Shown: positions 23,737 through 35,519, counted from the stretch's first letter. The stretch: DNA of 64,000 nt from Eledone cirrhosa (GCA_964016885.1 OZ024742.1:84506001-84570000); one strand, 5' to 3'. Numbers and translations: made by a program. The notes: a model not told the origin generated them from the sequence alone.

Positions 23737-23977
23737 CATCATCATTATTATTAATATGGATATATTGTAATTATATTTGCAAGGCCTCCACATATTTAAT
23801 CTCTTCATTATCTCTATCATCGATATATCAGATTATTTGTTTTTCAAACCGTTGCTATTGCTATTTTCATAGTTGTCAAGGTTTTTATTATGTTATCTCT
23901 AACGAACTCCGGACTCGATAAACTAGATGGTTTGGACTCGTCTCTCCACGGTTTAAATTCGAAGGCAATGATGATGT

Positions 23978-24039
<62 letters not shown>

Positions 24040-24716
24040 GCGCGCACACACACACACACACATACACAAAAACACACAAACACACAAACACGTGTATATA
24101 TATACATGTACAGTTACTAAGAAAAACTATGCAGGATAAAGTGAAATCGAAAGATACATTTATTACACTACTGGTTTGCTAAAACTTATTTCAACGGAAT
24201 AACGCAATCCCATACGAAAGCTGAATAATTACATATTTCATAATCCACTATCTCACACGCTGTATTTTTCACGTCTCTGATGCGTATGACTAGATAAAAT
24301 AATTTAATAATAATGGGGCCTATACGTCTACTGGACTGAATAAGATGGACGTCAGCATACATGGTAGCCAAATTCTCCGGCAAACAAGAGATGTGAGTTT
24401 GACCCCCATGTATTCTGATGCCCATCTACAATCAGTAGGCTTCTACGCACCGTTATTATTAAACTGTATTATATATTCAATGACACGTGGATCACTAATT
24501 CAATCTAATTCCATATATATAGAGAGAGAGAGGGAGAGAGAAAAGATGTAGTTGGAAATAGCACGGGAGATATGTTTAAGGGTCTGTTTTTCTTTTTTGA
24601 TTCGTCAAAGTGACATTATTGAAAAGATAGTGTTATTAAAAAGATAGTGTTATTAATAAAAGAGAGGGACAATTCTATTTTGAAAATTTTTTTATGAAGT
24701 ATAAAAAGCGTATGAG

Positions 24717-24761
24717 AAACTTACCGGTTTCGATGTATTAAGATCCATCTTGTCAAAGTCT
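24717..24761 (-). ncRNA. Minimal type-I hammerhead ribozyme, U3-A8 variant
   Basis: Minus strand: agact-TTGACAA-gatg..catc-GAAA-ccgg-TA-agttt. Stems I and II pair, stem III is palindromic, GUA site. Confidence 0.75.
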
Positions 24762-25199
24762 GTGAAAAAAGTTAATTAAAAAGGGAGTAAAAAAGGTTTA
24801 AAATTAAAATCAAAACGAATGTTTGAGTAAAATGTCTTCCATCATGCCTTCTGAAAAGTTGGCACGGATTAGCTCCACCAGTCGGAGCTGCGGAAATTCT
24901 CTGGATGTTTTAGGAAATAACACGCAGTTTCGGTACATATTCTCTCATCAGGTGCGGAGTGTAGTGATGAAACGGCGGGGTCCGGAGCACCGACTTATTT
25001 TAATTCCGCACAACACCGTTTATTCCACTAAGTAACACATTGTCTCCACCACTGATATACAGCTTTGTATTTGCAAAATATGATTTCTGTAAAATCATGC
25101 AGTGAGTGGCAAACAATGATCTTGGACGAATTCTATTTGTCTGATACTTTAAAATTAATATTTGCCTCTCCCCAGTAACAGATTTGCCTATGATCGTAA

Positions 25200-25490
25200 G
25201 TTGACTGTTATCCACGGTGATAGTACAGATACCAGGGGCTTTGTGGTTTTTGAGTTTCTTCAGGGCGGCTCTGTCTTGATCGGGTGTGCGGGAGTCTTAG
25301 CTGAAGCCATGTCTGCGGTGGTGGTTAGGCTGGGATCGACTGGGACTGGTGGGTACGGCAAAAGTAGACTGAAATAGTCCTTCCAGCGTTCGAGGCAGGT
25401 GGTTTCAGTGGTGATGACGTTGCCATTAGTAGCTTTCACCAGGGCTGTCTTGATCGGGGAGTGACACGAACTCTGTGGTGTCTGTTGAAT
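25200..25490 (-). mobile_element. RTE-clade LINE fragment
   Basis: VKATNGNVITTETTCLERWKDYFSLLL..IKTEPP resembles the RTE linker before the RT. Confidence 0.7.
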
Positions 25491-25646
25491 CATATATATA
25501 TATATATAAGCAAAAGGGATATTCAATTTGTTGGTAATTCAACAAATATAATTGTTTATAACTAATTCAAAGCACTCAACAGATTTTCGGGAGTATAATA
25601 TTCAATGATATTAAATAAATGGAAACTATATTTATAAAACCAGATT

Positions 25647-25707
25647 TATTCTATTATATATATTTCAAGGGTACCACAACTTTGGTACGCCCTCATCAGA
25701 GAAAATA
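25647..25707 (-). ncRNA. Type-I hammerhead ribozyme in a ~330-bp element between (TA)n tracts
   Basis: Minus strand: tattttct-CTGATGA-gggcgtacca..tggtaccctt-GAAA-tatata-TA-atagaata. Confidence 0.75.
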
Positions 25708-25832
25708 CAAAGTTTGTTTTATAAATATTGACATAAACAGGAAGAAGAACTTAATGGTTCAAGTTTTTCTTGGATTATCCAGGAAAAACTTAAACCGTTA
25801 AGTTCTTCCTGGTTATGTCATTGGTACACTTG

Positions 25833-25903
<71 letters not shown>

Positions 25904-25938
25904 TAGGAATCACCAAAGAGTGCTTAGAAATACATTGT

Positions 25939-25997
25939 TTTATTAGCTAACAGTGTTTCATCTATACCTCTTGGCAGGGTTCATCAGAGCCTATACA
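25939..25997 (-). ncRNA. Hammerhead motif, left arm copy
   Basis: taggct-CTGATGA-stem II-GAAA-cactg-TT-agctaataaa on the minus strand. Confidence 0.6.
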
Positions 25998-27561
25998 CAA
26001 CAGTATCTCAATAGTTGCATGCTCCATCTAACTGCGTTACCAGAACAAGGTTAAATGACTAGCAGGGGGGTTCCGAGGCCAGCGCTATATGGAAAAAGTC
26101 AGAATACACGATGCACATTCTGTCATAAAATGTCTTTAAAAGTTACATCAAAAATTAAAAATTAAAAATTATACCAAAAATGTATCACTTAAATGGTGCA
26201 ATAGATGATAAAGACGTTGGGGGAGGGTAGCAAAGGATGAGTGAAGGTATTACTCAGCACGATCAGAAACAATAAAAAAATAATAAAAAAGTACAAAAAT
26301 ACAGAGATAACAAAAGAGATAAATATAAAGATGCAAAACAATAAAGGAACAAAAAGCCCGAAACCCCCCCCCCCCAAATATAAAACAAAGCAAAGAATAG
26401 ATACATCAAAGCACAAGCAGTGCAAAAACAGGGTGTACAGGCAAATTAAGAGAGTTTGCAAGCATGAGTCTGTGAGAAGAATAGTTGGTTAGCACTGGTG
26501 CAGCCTTACATGTATGATAGTCCATATGCGGGATAGTGTACCCCAATTATATCGCCTTGTAACAGGTCGAATCTCCTTATCATATCAGCACCCTACGAAC
26601 CACATCGATATGTTCCAGTTCAGAACGTTAAGTGAGATAACACTAATTTTCCAAAACATATACCCAGGGGATTTATCACCATAGGCGGTCTGGGATATAC
26701 ACCTAAAATCAAAAATAAAAAATAAAAGAAAGTACGATGAGTTAAAGAAATGTATGGTACATGTACAGCCGGCACACAAGTGAGGAAATTGAAAATACGC
26801 CAGGTCCGCTATAACTGACATTCCCCAAAGTCCTCACGTTCGGTCGCTCAACCCAACGTCCCAGGTGAAATTTACTGTATGTCCGAGTTGGCGTCTAACC
26901 AATGTGTCGTACCGTATACAACTATACCACAGTAAATGTAAATCGTGATGGCTATCCCGTAACATAGAGAGAAAATGTATATAGGAAACTCCGCTTCCAG
27001 AATCACATATGACAGAGTGAGCAGATATTGTTATAATAATAGTCGGGTTTATTAGAGTGAGTGCAAATTTCTGTAGAATATATATATATATATATATATA
27101 GAAGAGAAAACTCACGGCCAAACCTGTAAATGACAGCTATGTTATTTATATGTCCGCCACGTGGTTTTCGTATAGATTATTGACTCCGGAGGTTGCAATC
27201 CATTCACAGTCGGGAGTGACCCCTCCTGAGTCGGCCGGAGTTCAATATCCATTGTCGCACATTGCCTTGAGTGTGGTTCTATAATTCATCAGTGCTGGAT
27301 CACAAAGCTGAGTAATACCTTCACTCATCCCTTGCTACACTCTCCCAACCTCTTTATCATCTATTGCACCATTTAAGTGATATATTTTTGGTGTAATTTT
27401 TAATTTTTAATTTTTGATGTAATTTTTTAAGACATTTTATGACATTATGCGCATCATGTATTCTGTCTTTTTCCATATAGCGCTGGCCTCGGGATGCTGA
27501 TCCTTTAACCTTGTTCTGGTGACGCAGCTCGATGGAGCATGCAACTATTGATATACTCTTG

Positions 27562-27620
27562 TTTATAGGCTCTGATGATTCCTGCCATGGGGTATGGATG
27601 AAACACTGTTAGCTAATAAA
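27562..27620 (+). ncRNA. Hammerhead motif, right arm copy
   Basis: tttataggct-CTGATGA-ttcctgccatggggtatggat-GAAA-cactg-TT-agctaataaa; stem I pairs 9 of 10. Confidence 0.65.
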
Positions 27621-27844
27621 ACAATGTATTTCTAAGCACTCTTTGGTTATTCCTATAACCAAAGAGTGCTTAGTAGTATACTAGTTATCCTACATTGAGC
27701 TAAAAGCACACTGTCATACCAAGGGCAATTTATCTGCGTGTCTGGGTATATTGATATATTTGTCAATGAAAGTATATATATATATATGTGTGTGCGTGTG
27801 TCTGTGTGCCCGCGCGCGTGCGTGTGTGTGTGTATTTATTTATA

Positions 27845-28440
27845 TACGAGGTCTTTCTGAAAAGTAACGGGGCTGGTGCCACAAACAATTTATATTAATT
27901 CCATACAAAAACTACATGGTTTCCCCTTCTAAGTAATCTCCTTAGAGTCTCATGCAATTCTCCATCCTTCTCTTCCACGCTTCTATGCACTGCTGGAAGG
28001 ATTCATGTGGGTTATCCCTCAGCTCCTTCGTTATGTCACTCTTAAAGGCCTCCACGCTATCGAAACGGGTTCCTTTGATAACCCCATTGATTTGGGGGGA
28101 AAGAAAAATGTCACACGGAGCAAGATCAGGTGAATAAAGAGGTTGTTCCAGTACGTCATATCTCTTCTCTGGCAGGAACAGTTGGATGGTCAGGACGTTG
28201 TTAGAGATCGATTTTTCGCATGCCTAAATATTTTGTGATGATCTCCAAACTTTGTCGCAGTTCATGCCCAGCTCACTTGTTATCAGTCAACCAGTCGGCC
28301 GACGTTTGCAACGCACCACTTGCCTAACACGTTCAATGGTGGCGTCATTCCTGCGCGACGAAGGCCTCCTGCTCCCTTTAAACCTTTTGTGCCACTCGAG
28401 AATACATGAGTGCCACATCGTCCCATCTCCATACATTTGC
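27845..28440 (-). mobile_element. Mariner-type DNA transposon remnant
   Basis: tacgaggtct..aaaagt TIR-like end. Minus translation gives YSPDLAPCD and WKRRMENCM..GDYLEG. Confidence 0.85.
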
Positions 28441-28546
28441 GTCAAGTTAAACTCGGCGGGATTTGAACTTAGATCATAAAGAGCCGTAACTCTATGCTGC
28501 AAAATATGGCGTCCGACCCTCTACCGATACTGGCAATCCACCGCCC
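28441..28546 (-). mobile_element. tRNA-derived SINE head fragment
   Basis: Matches the heads of the SINEs at 37708-37887 and 43008-43193 (A box and gttcaaatcc B box). Confidence 0.8.
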
Positions 28547-28589
28547 TATCCTCGTGTAAAATAATGATTTAGAATAGTGAATGGAAAGA

Positions 28590-28654
28590 GAGTAATCCAT
28601 CATCAACGTATGGATCAATGCAATTCACTATATATACGTGTGTAAATACGCACG

Positions 28655-28686
<32 letters not shown>

Positions 28687-28767
28687 CACACACATGCATG
28701 CACACATGCATGCACACACACATATATGTATAATCATGTATGTATGCATGTATGAATGTGTATGTGT

Positions 28768-28842
<75 letters not shown>

Positions 28843-28903
28843 CGTATTTACACACGTATATATAGTGAATTGCATTGGTCCATACGTTGATGATGGATTA
28901 CTC
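28590..28903. repeat. Inverted repeat (~75-bp arms) enclosing CA/TG microsatellites
   Basis: gagtaatccatcatcaacgtatgg... pairs with ...ccatacgttgatgatggattactc. Confidence 0.9.
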
Positions 28904-29011
28904 AATTCTGACTTTATAATACAAAAAAAAACGCTAATTATAATAATAAATGAAAATAAAAAATACACTTTTATGAAGGAAGATAAATTCTATGACATAT
29001 GTTGAAGGAAA

Positions 29012-30075
29012 TTATTTAAGAGCTTCTAGGTAAACAACATTCTTTGTTTTCTGGTTTGAAGTATAGACAAATAAGTATTGTAAACTACCTAACCTGGAGC
29101 AACAAACACAAAGTTGACCTTGATAAAAGAAAGGCCCAATTAAGTGCAAGCCAGTAGATTTCAAAGTCTGACTTGAAGCTTTATTAATAGACATTGCGAA
29201 GCAAAGTCGTAGTGGGAAATGTGTTCGTTTGCACCCAAATGTTATGTCTGTTGGTTTGATTGGAATTTTTGTAATGAAAACATCTTCCCCAGAGACACAT
29301 CCAGTGATAATCGTAGCTTCTATCGCATTAGGTGATAATCTCTCCACAAGTGGAGGAGTTCCAGGTAGCTCAAGAGAATTAAGGAACTCTATTGGGTAGT
29401 GGACAGCTTGGTTTTAATCAATGACTGAGTCAACTGATTTGTACTCCATAATGACCATAAGGTCCCAATGCTCATTATTTTCTAAAATACCTTGTTGATA
29501 GCATGCTTCCCTATATGTTTCACACACATGACCATTTACCCTCTTCTTGGAATTAATTGGGACCACGTAGTTAATGCAAAAGGAGTTTTGTTGCATCTTC
29601 ATCTTCTTGACACAACTTAAAAGAGGTGGTAAGGGTAGTTTCCTTTGGAGAAAGTGCTTGTTGAAAGGCTGTTTGTTTTGTAAAGATAACCCTTTGGCCA
29701 TTCTCTATTTGGACACTGAGATGAATGCTGGCTGGGTGCTTCTCATGAATGGGAAAATTGAAGATGCGCCCAAAAGACTCATTGCTATTGATGTTTCTTC
29801 CTCTATCATACTGTGCAACTTCCTTATTTTTCTTTATTTGCTGACTGCCATTATGTTACAGTATTAAACCTTTGTTTATATATATTGCAATCATACTTAA
29901 TAGACTTAACAGAGTTGCAGCAGCTCTCCTCCGGTTGTTTTCATGTCTTTGCTGTCGTTGTGCAGGGGCCTCTAGTGACCTTGCTCTGGATACCTGTACT
30001 TGTCTTTGCTTCACTGTAGAATACTGATCATCAACATTTACCCCGTCTCCTCGTGTAGAGAGTGAGAACATTTTT
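29012..30075 (-). mobile_element. Helitron Rep-Pif1 helicase remnants
   Basis: FPLRLCFAMSINKA..QTL..GQL.V.CSR..TKNVVYLEAL (Pif1 C-terminal motifs) and VNGHVCETYREAC. Confidence 0.88.
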
Positions 30076-30551
30076 CTCGGAAACCTTTTTGAAAATTAAA
30101 ATGGGGATTAAATGGAAAAATGAATGAAAGTTACGTGAATATCTTCACATGAGTGATTGAAATAAATGGCGATTGTGGAACGCTGCACGCACATACACGC
30201 GCGCACAAGCACGTGAACGCACACATGCACGCACACTCACATACGAACACACTCACACATGTTAATAGATTTTACTTTCTGTGGAATGCCGCACACACAC
30301 ACACGCGCGCGATCACGTACACACACAGACGCACATGTTAATAGTCATTGCTTTCCTTCTCTTATTTCCACACACACATCACACATGTATCTACACTGAC
30401 ATATATACATACAGTATCAAACACAGTCTCTCTCTCTCTTTCTCTCTCCCGCTATTCCCCTCTCTTTCAACTTCTATAGAAACTTATTCTCTCTCTTTGA
30501 GTTTCTTTCTCTCCCCTCTCCCTCCCTCATTGGCATATAAATACACAGACA

Positions 30552-31113
30552 TCTGCTACTATATATAGAGAGATAGATAAAAGATTGCAACTTCCATCAT
30601 TCTTTTCAGAAACGTGGACCCCCACGTCTATGAATTGACACGCGCTTTAAAGACAGCTGGAAGGTGAACCGTCTCCTAGAGGCCACAATTGGAGGCAAAC
30701 ATCAAGGAGAAAACGAATTATTCCCAAGCTTCCCACCATCCTTTCCTCTACCGAGCTGCTATTCAAATTCTCAAGACTACAGTTTCCTGTTAGAACCACT
30801 TTTGTATGGCCATAAATAAAGCTCAGGCTTAAAGTCATAAAGTTGTAGGATTGCAAGCAAGGGAATCACGTTTTCACGAGTGGGAACGCCTAGAAATCCT
30901 CGTATACTATGCACGAACCGTTCGTACAAAAAACAGTAAAACATTCTGGTGTATCTGGAACAATGTTTTACTGTTTTTTGTTTCTTTTATCACATACACC
31001 CCATGGTTTCGCCTCATACTGTAAACCGGACAACGCATCCAATACAGTCATTTTCTCTTTTACCTGTCTTCTCTGATCATCTGTACCCGGGCGAAGATGG
31101 ATGCATCAGCTAG
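30552..31113 (+). mobile_element. Non-autonomous Helitron
   Basis: a|TCtgctactat 5' end and cccgggcgaag...cagCTAG|t 3' end, inserted between A and T. Confidence 0.65.
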
Positions 31114-31875
31114 TAGATATATAGTCGATACCTTTGTTCCGAATAACGTCGACGTCGGAAATGTATTGCATACAATATATTCTAGATATTAGAGACAACT
31201 ATGAGATGTTTCGATCTCTACAGAAAGAGACAGTAAGTCTGTTCTGGTTGAGTGTATATAAGACAAGAGATTATAAATTTGGGATCACTTGGATGACGTT
31301 TGGAGCCAATTGTAACCCGATGATATCGAGTTATATGTTTTCTAGACAAATATCTAGTTACAGTAGGATTATCAGTCAGTCGAACATATTTATAGTTGAA
31401 GTTAATCTTTTGTTGGGATATATGATTAAACATATTTACGATAGGAAACTGATAATTAATCGCTTCAAATATTGCCTAGGAATGCGAAATAAAATAATTC
31501 TAAATTTGTTGATCACTAGCTTGCAACTGTGGCAGCTGCATTGGGCTTAGGTGAATCTTTAATGAATATTTTCATTAATTTATTGAGTTATAGTTTTTCG
31601 ACAAGTTTACATGCTGGATGATCCACTAGCTATCTAATCATTTTTACTTTTGTAGTGGTCGTTATATATTTATCAATTTACATTGTTTTCGTTCGGCTTT
31701 GTTTGTACAACACAGAGAATGGAAGGGTTTTCTTTGACAGCATACTGATCAATAAAGTATTTAGGAGGTCCTGGTTAGTGTCAACCACAGAAGCTGCACA
31801 TATTAGATCACTTGGTCATCAATCTTTTACCGTGAGCAGATATGGGCAGTCTTTGTCTAAGGGTATTTAGAGTGG

Positions 31876-32040
31876 GAGCGTAGGGAATTGGCTGAATCGT
31901 TAGAAGGTTGGAGAGACTGCTTTACGACAGTTGTTTCGGCTATCTGCTCTCTCAGTTTAAATTCCGCCGAGATCAACTCTGCCCTTCATCCATTCCAGGT
32001 AAATAAAAAAAATACCAGGCAAGTACTGAGGTCGATTGAT
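31876..32040 (+). mobile_element. Degenerate tRNA-derived SINE
   Basis: tggctgaatcgttag A box, B-box-like aattccgccgag, and gcccttcatcc..aataccag core. Confidence 0.75.
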
Positions 32041-33840
32041 CCTCTACCTCTCTTTCTCATGTCTATTCCCTCATTATCTATCCTTCTTTGGAAGAGATTT
32101 GCTCTGTTCAGACCTGGGGAAGTGATAGGCTTCGTCAGGTTTAAAAACTCCCTAGAAACGCCACATCTCAATACGGTGCCCTTACGATTCCTCCATGATT
32201 ACGGAAATTAAGTAGGAGTTGACATGAAGCGTTATTGTATTAGTTGTCAGCGTAGCACGTGACACGTGAAGGTGCGATTTACAATACTCTAACTATTTCA
32301 TTGTAATTTGCTTTCAAATTTCTGATTGTTAATACATATTTGTTATCCTATATAATTGATAATTTAAGGAGCTATTTAATTGTAGTATAATTTATTCCTA
32401 AAATATTTTAATATCTGTTGTTTTAATTTATTTTTGCGCATCTTACTTAATTTTGTTTGATAAGATTGTTTATTTTTCTAATTGGCATGTTAATGATTAC
32501 GTTAGGGAATCTGCTTAACAGGGCTAGATGTTTTGATATTTAATTACAGTCCTTTTTTTCCGTTTTATTTGATTATTAAATGCATTGTTCATTTGGAGAA
32601 AATTATTTGATTTTTTGCGTAATTGATAATTACGAAATTTTGATAACTGTCAGTTCTCTTAAATTTAATCGTTAAGTGAGTGGTTTATTTTAGTGTGTTT
32701 AGGTAATTTCTGGTTAGTTTTCAGTTGTAAGGATTTCTTTATCGATATCAGTCTACCCAGCTTAATATAATATTATATCATATATTTTTGTATTGAATGC
32801 GGCGAAAGTGTGTTAATTTAAGTGAGTGATATGATTAAATAATGTATAGCGTTGCAGTTGGATTTTGGTTGGCTTCCACTTTAAATGAATATTAAGTTAA
32901 TTCTTATTTAAGGAGATTATTTATCTCTTTTTACGGTTTATGGCACATATTGATATATTTCAGGGGTAAATGAAGCATCAGACAACGTTGAAATTGAAAA
33001 ACAAACCAACAGTTTTGCCTACTCGGAGTAACCTAATGACAAATTTTGTACAAAGTTTTAATTTCCCCTATTATTAAATACGGAAGCATCTATGTTTTTA
33101 TTACATTGTAATAATGTCTTCTCATGACTTGTGAATCTACGCGGATGTTATCAGTATAAATGAATTAAATATATTCGATTCTATTTCATCCCCATACTTG
33201 AAAAATGTTTCAACGTTTAGGACGCCATAGGTTATATATTGCTCTATAGGAAAACAATAGATTGGCGTATTTCACCCATCCATTGAAAATAGATGAAAAA
33301 AAGCTTCAATGATTGAAATGCACCTTGTTGAACACATTGGCATGCTAATGGTTTTTCTTTCCTGTGTTACCCATCAATGTTACGCAACCATCGTTCATAA
33401 ATATTATACAATTGCTGCCGATAAACATTCCAATTATCAAATTCGTAAATGAAAGAAGATAGGATGCTGCAATTTATAAAGTGAGTTCATTACTTTGGAA
33501 AACATATTAACGTGCATTAGGAAAATGATTTTGAAAAAAAAAACTTTCCTAACATAATCTATTATGATTTCGTCAACCAGGGAAGCATCAGTAATAATTC
33601 TTACACAAACAAAGCAAAAGAAGGTTTTTAGATTTCGAAATGTAAAATACAACATAAATGTGTAATACATCATAGATATTATTAAAATGTATTAAATTGA
33701 AACGAATAGACAAACTTATTATCATGTATTCCATGGGCAAATATATTATATTGTGTTAAGTGTGTTAAAAAGTGAAATAATTAGCAATATATATAAACGA
33801 ACAAAAGACGTAATTCGATATATATATATATATATATATA

Positions 33841-34782
33841 GTAATAATAATAAAATTGAGGACTAAAATCCAAAGAGGAAAATATATATCAAATATATAA
33901 AAACCGTAGAGCAAATATTTATTAAAATAACCGATTAAAGTTTAAGCAAAGAATAGCTGCTTTCACCCTTAACGGGATCTTCTGAAACTAACAAAGTCAA
34001 TCTGTAAACGCAGAACTGGATATTTCAAAAAACGTTGCAACCGGAGGAAGACAGGAAGACGATACTTTGGTTCGTGGAAACGTTCGCTGGCAAAGACCGG
34101 GAAAAAACGAATTATACGTCATTAATAGGAGCGGTGAAAAACAATTACGCGCAAAGACAGAACCACGTTTATGGTATAAAAGAGGTCGTAGACTAATGTT
34201 ATCTTAGGTGGTGCATAGAGACGTTTTCTGGCAATGAACGAAAAAACGAAGATAATAAGTCATATGTGGAGCGTGGAGAACAATAGCACGCAAAGACAAA
34301 ACCACGTAAATGGTATAGCAGAAGTCGTAGACTAAAATTCTAACTAGGAGACCAAATGAATCTCCGCTACAGAGTTAAGAACAAAGTAAATAAATACAAT
34401 ACAGAAGTAATAGAAACAAATAAATACATACGCGTAAACAGATACGTACATACACAAGCATACGCAAAACCTTACCATGGGTATACAAAACCACGCACAT
34501 ATAAATATGTGTGTGTGTGTATGCTTGTGTACAAATAAATAAATAATTATATAAACGTATATAAGTAAATAAATACGTATATAACAAGCGCACACACATA
34601 CCTACAAATAAATACACGAATGTTCGGAGACGTAAGTCAACTAAAACAAGAAGTACACATATACACACACGTACCATACGTACGAACCTGCATACACACG
34701 CAGACGCAAAACTCCCGTATACCCGTTAAGGGTGAAAGCAGCGATTCTTTGCTTAAACTTTAATCTGTTATTTTAATAAATA
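33841..34782 (-). mobile_element. Penelope-pLTR-like element with a 62-bp inverted terminal duplication and a hammerhead-like motif
   Basis: 33915-33976 is repeated inverted at 34721-34782; internal ~125-140-bp tandem unit; homologous to 57277-58030; (TA)n flanks. Confidence 0.7.
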
Positions 34783-34835
34783 TATATATATATATATAAT
34801 ATAAGATCAAAAGATGGTTAAAGGAGTTCCATGTA

Positions 34836-34902
34836 TTTTATTATGCGCATTTCAAAAACAAACATCATCATGCAATAATATTTGTGTTTTCATCAGATAA
34901 AA
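34836..34902 (-). ncRNA. Type-I hammerhead ribozyme (left arm, minus strand)
   Basis: Exact reverse complement of 35017-35083. Confidence 0.85.
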
Positions 34903-35016
34903 CAGGAGAACATGATATGAAGGCTAAAAAACACTTGTGGATAGTGCAGTTTGATATGTTGATTTAAAACTGCACTATCCACAAGTGTTTTTTAGCCTTC
35001 ATATCATGTTCTCCTG

Positions 35017-35083
35017 TTTTATCTGATGAAAACACAAATATTATTGCATGATGATGTTTGTTTTTGAAATGCGCATAATAAAA
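35017..35083 (+). ncRNA. Type-I hammerhead ribozyme
   Basis: ttttat-CTGATGA-aaacacaaatattattgcatgatgatgtttgttttt-GAAA-tgcgca-TA-ataaaa; predicted cut after 35077. Confidence 0.85.
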
Positions 35084-35295
35084 TACATGGAACTCCTTTA
35101 ACCCTCTTTTGATCTTATATTATGCATACTCCAGTCCTACAAACTGTAGAGTGCTTCTTATCCGATATCTGCATTGCTTTATTGTACTACAATAAAACTC
35201 ACCTCCCACATTATATATATATATATATATATATTAGAAAGTGAGGTTTTTTTTACAAAATGAAAAATAACCGAGGTGTCCTACACGAGGGAAAG

Positions 35296-35370
35296 TATAA
35301 AGAAAAAAAGATGAAATCGAAAATGCAACTGGAGTCTTATTTAGTTGCATTTTCGATTTCATCTTTTTTT

Positions 35371-35377
<7 letters not shown>
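35296..35377. repeat. Perfect 35-bp hairpin in a 140-bp unit between (TA)n tracts
   Basis: Arms 35296-35330 and 35343-35377. Confidence 0.9.
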
Positions 35378-35443
<66 letters not shown>

Positions 35444-35519
35444 GCAAACCAACTGCTCAAAACATTAAGCCGTGCATCTTCACACACGCATGTATACATG
35501 TGTATGTCTGTGTATGAGT

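Larger units (their letters stand above)
25900..27775. mobile_element. Penelope-like/fold-back element with ~355-bp inverted repeats, each carrying a hammerhead motif
   Basis: Arms 25900-26258 and 27307-27659 are reverse complements; (TA)n flanks; a weak GIY-YIG-like remnant lies near 26880-26960 (-). Confidence 0.75.
34796..35212 (+). mobile_element. Fold-back element: 157-bp near-perfect palindrome plus 3' extension, between (TA)n tracts
   Basis: Arms 34796-34952 and 34967-35123 with one mismatch seen and a 14-nt loop. Confidence 0.9.

Noticed and set aside
23844-24182. ORFs of poly-HT/CV/YI type here and at 28.6, 35.8, 40, 41.2, 43.6, 48.6, 56.4 and 62.9 kb
   Set aside because: Translations of dinucleotide microsatellites.
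32960-33030. Possible small host exon (tttcag..GVNEASDNVEIEKQTNSFAYS..gtaacc)
   Set aside because: No partner exons or recognisable homology, and a weak donor.
33841-34340. Repeated ~125-140-bp units that could suggest a CRISPR-like array
   Set aside because: Only two degenerate units with no repeat-spacer pattern, in a eukaryotic context.
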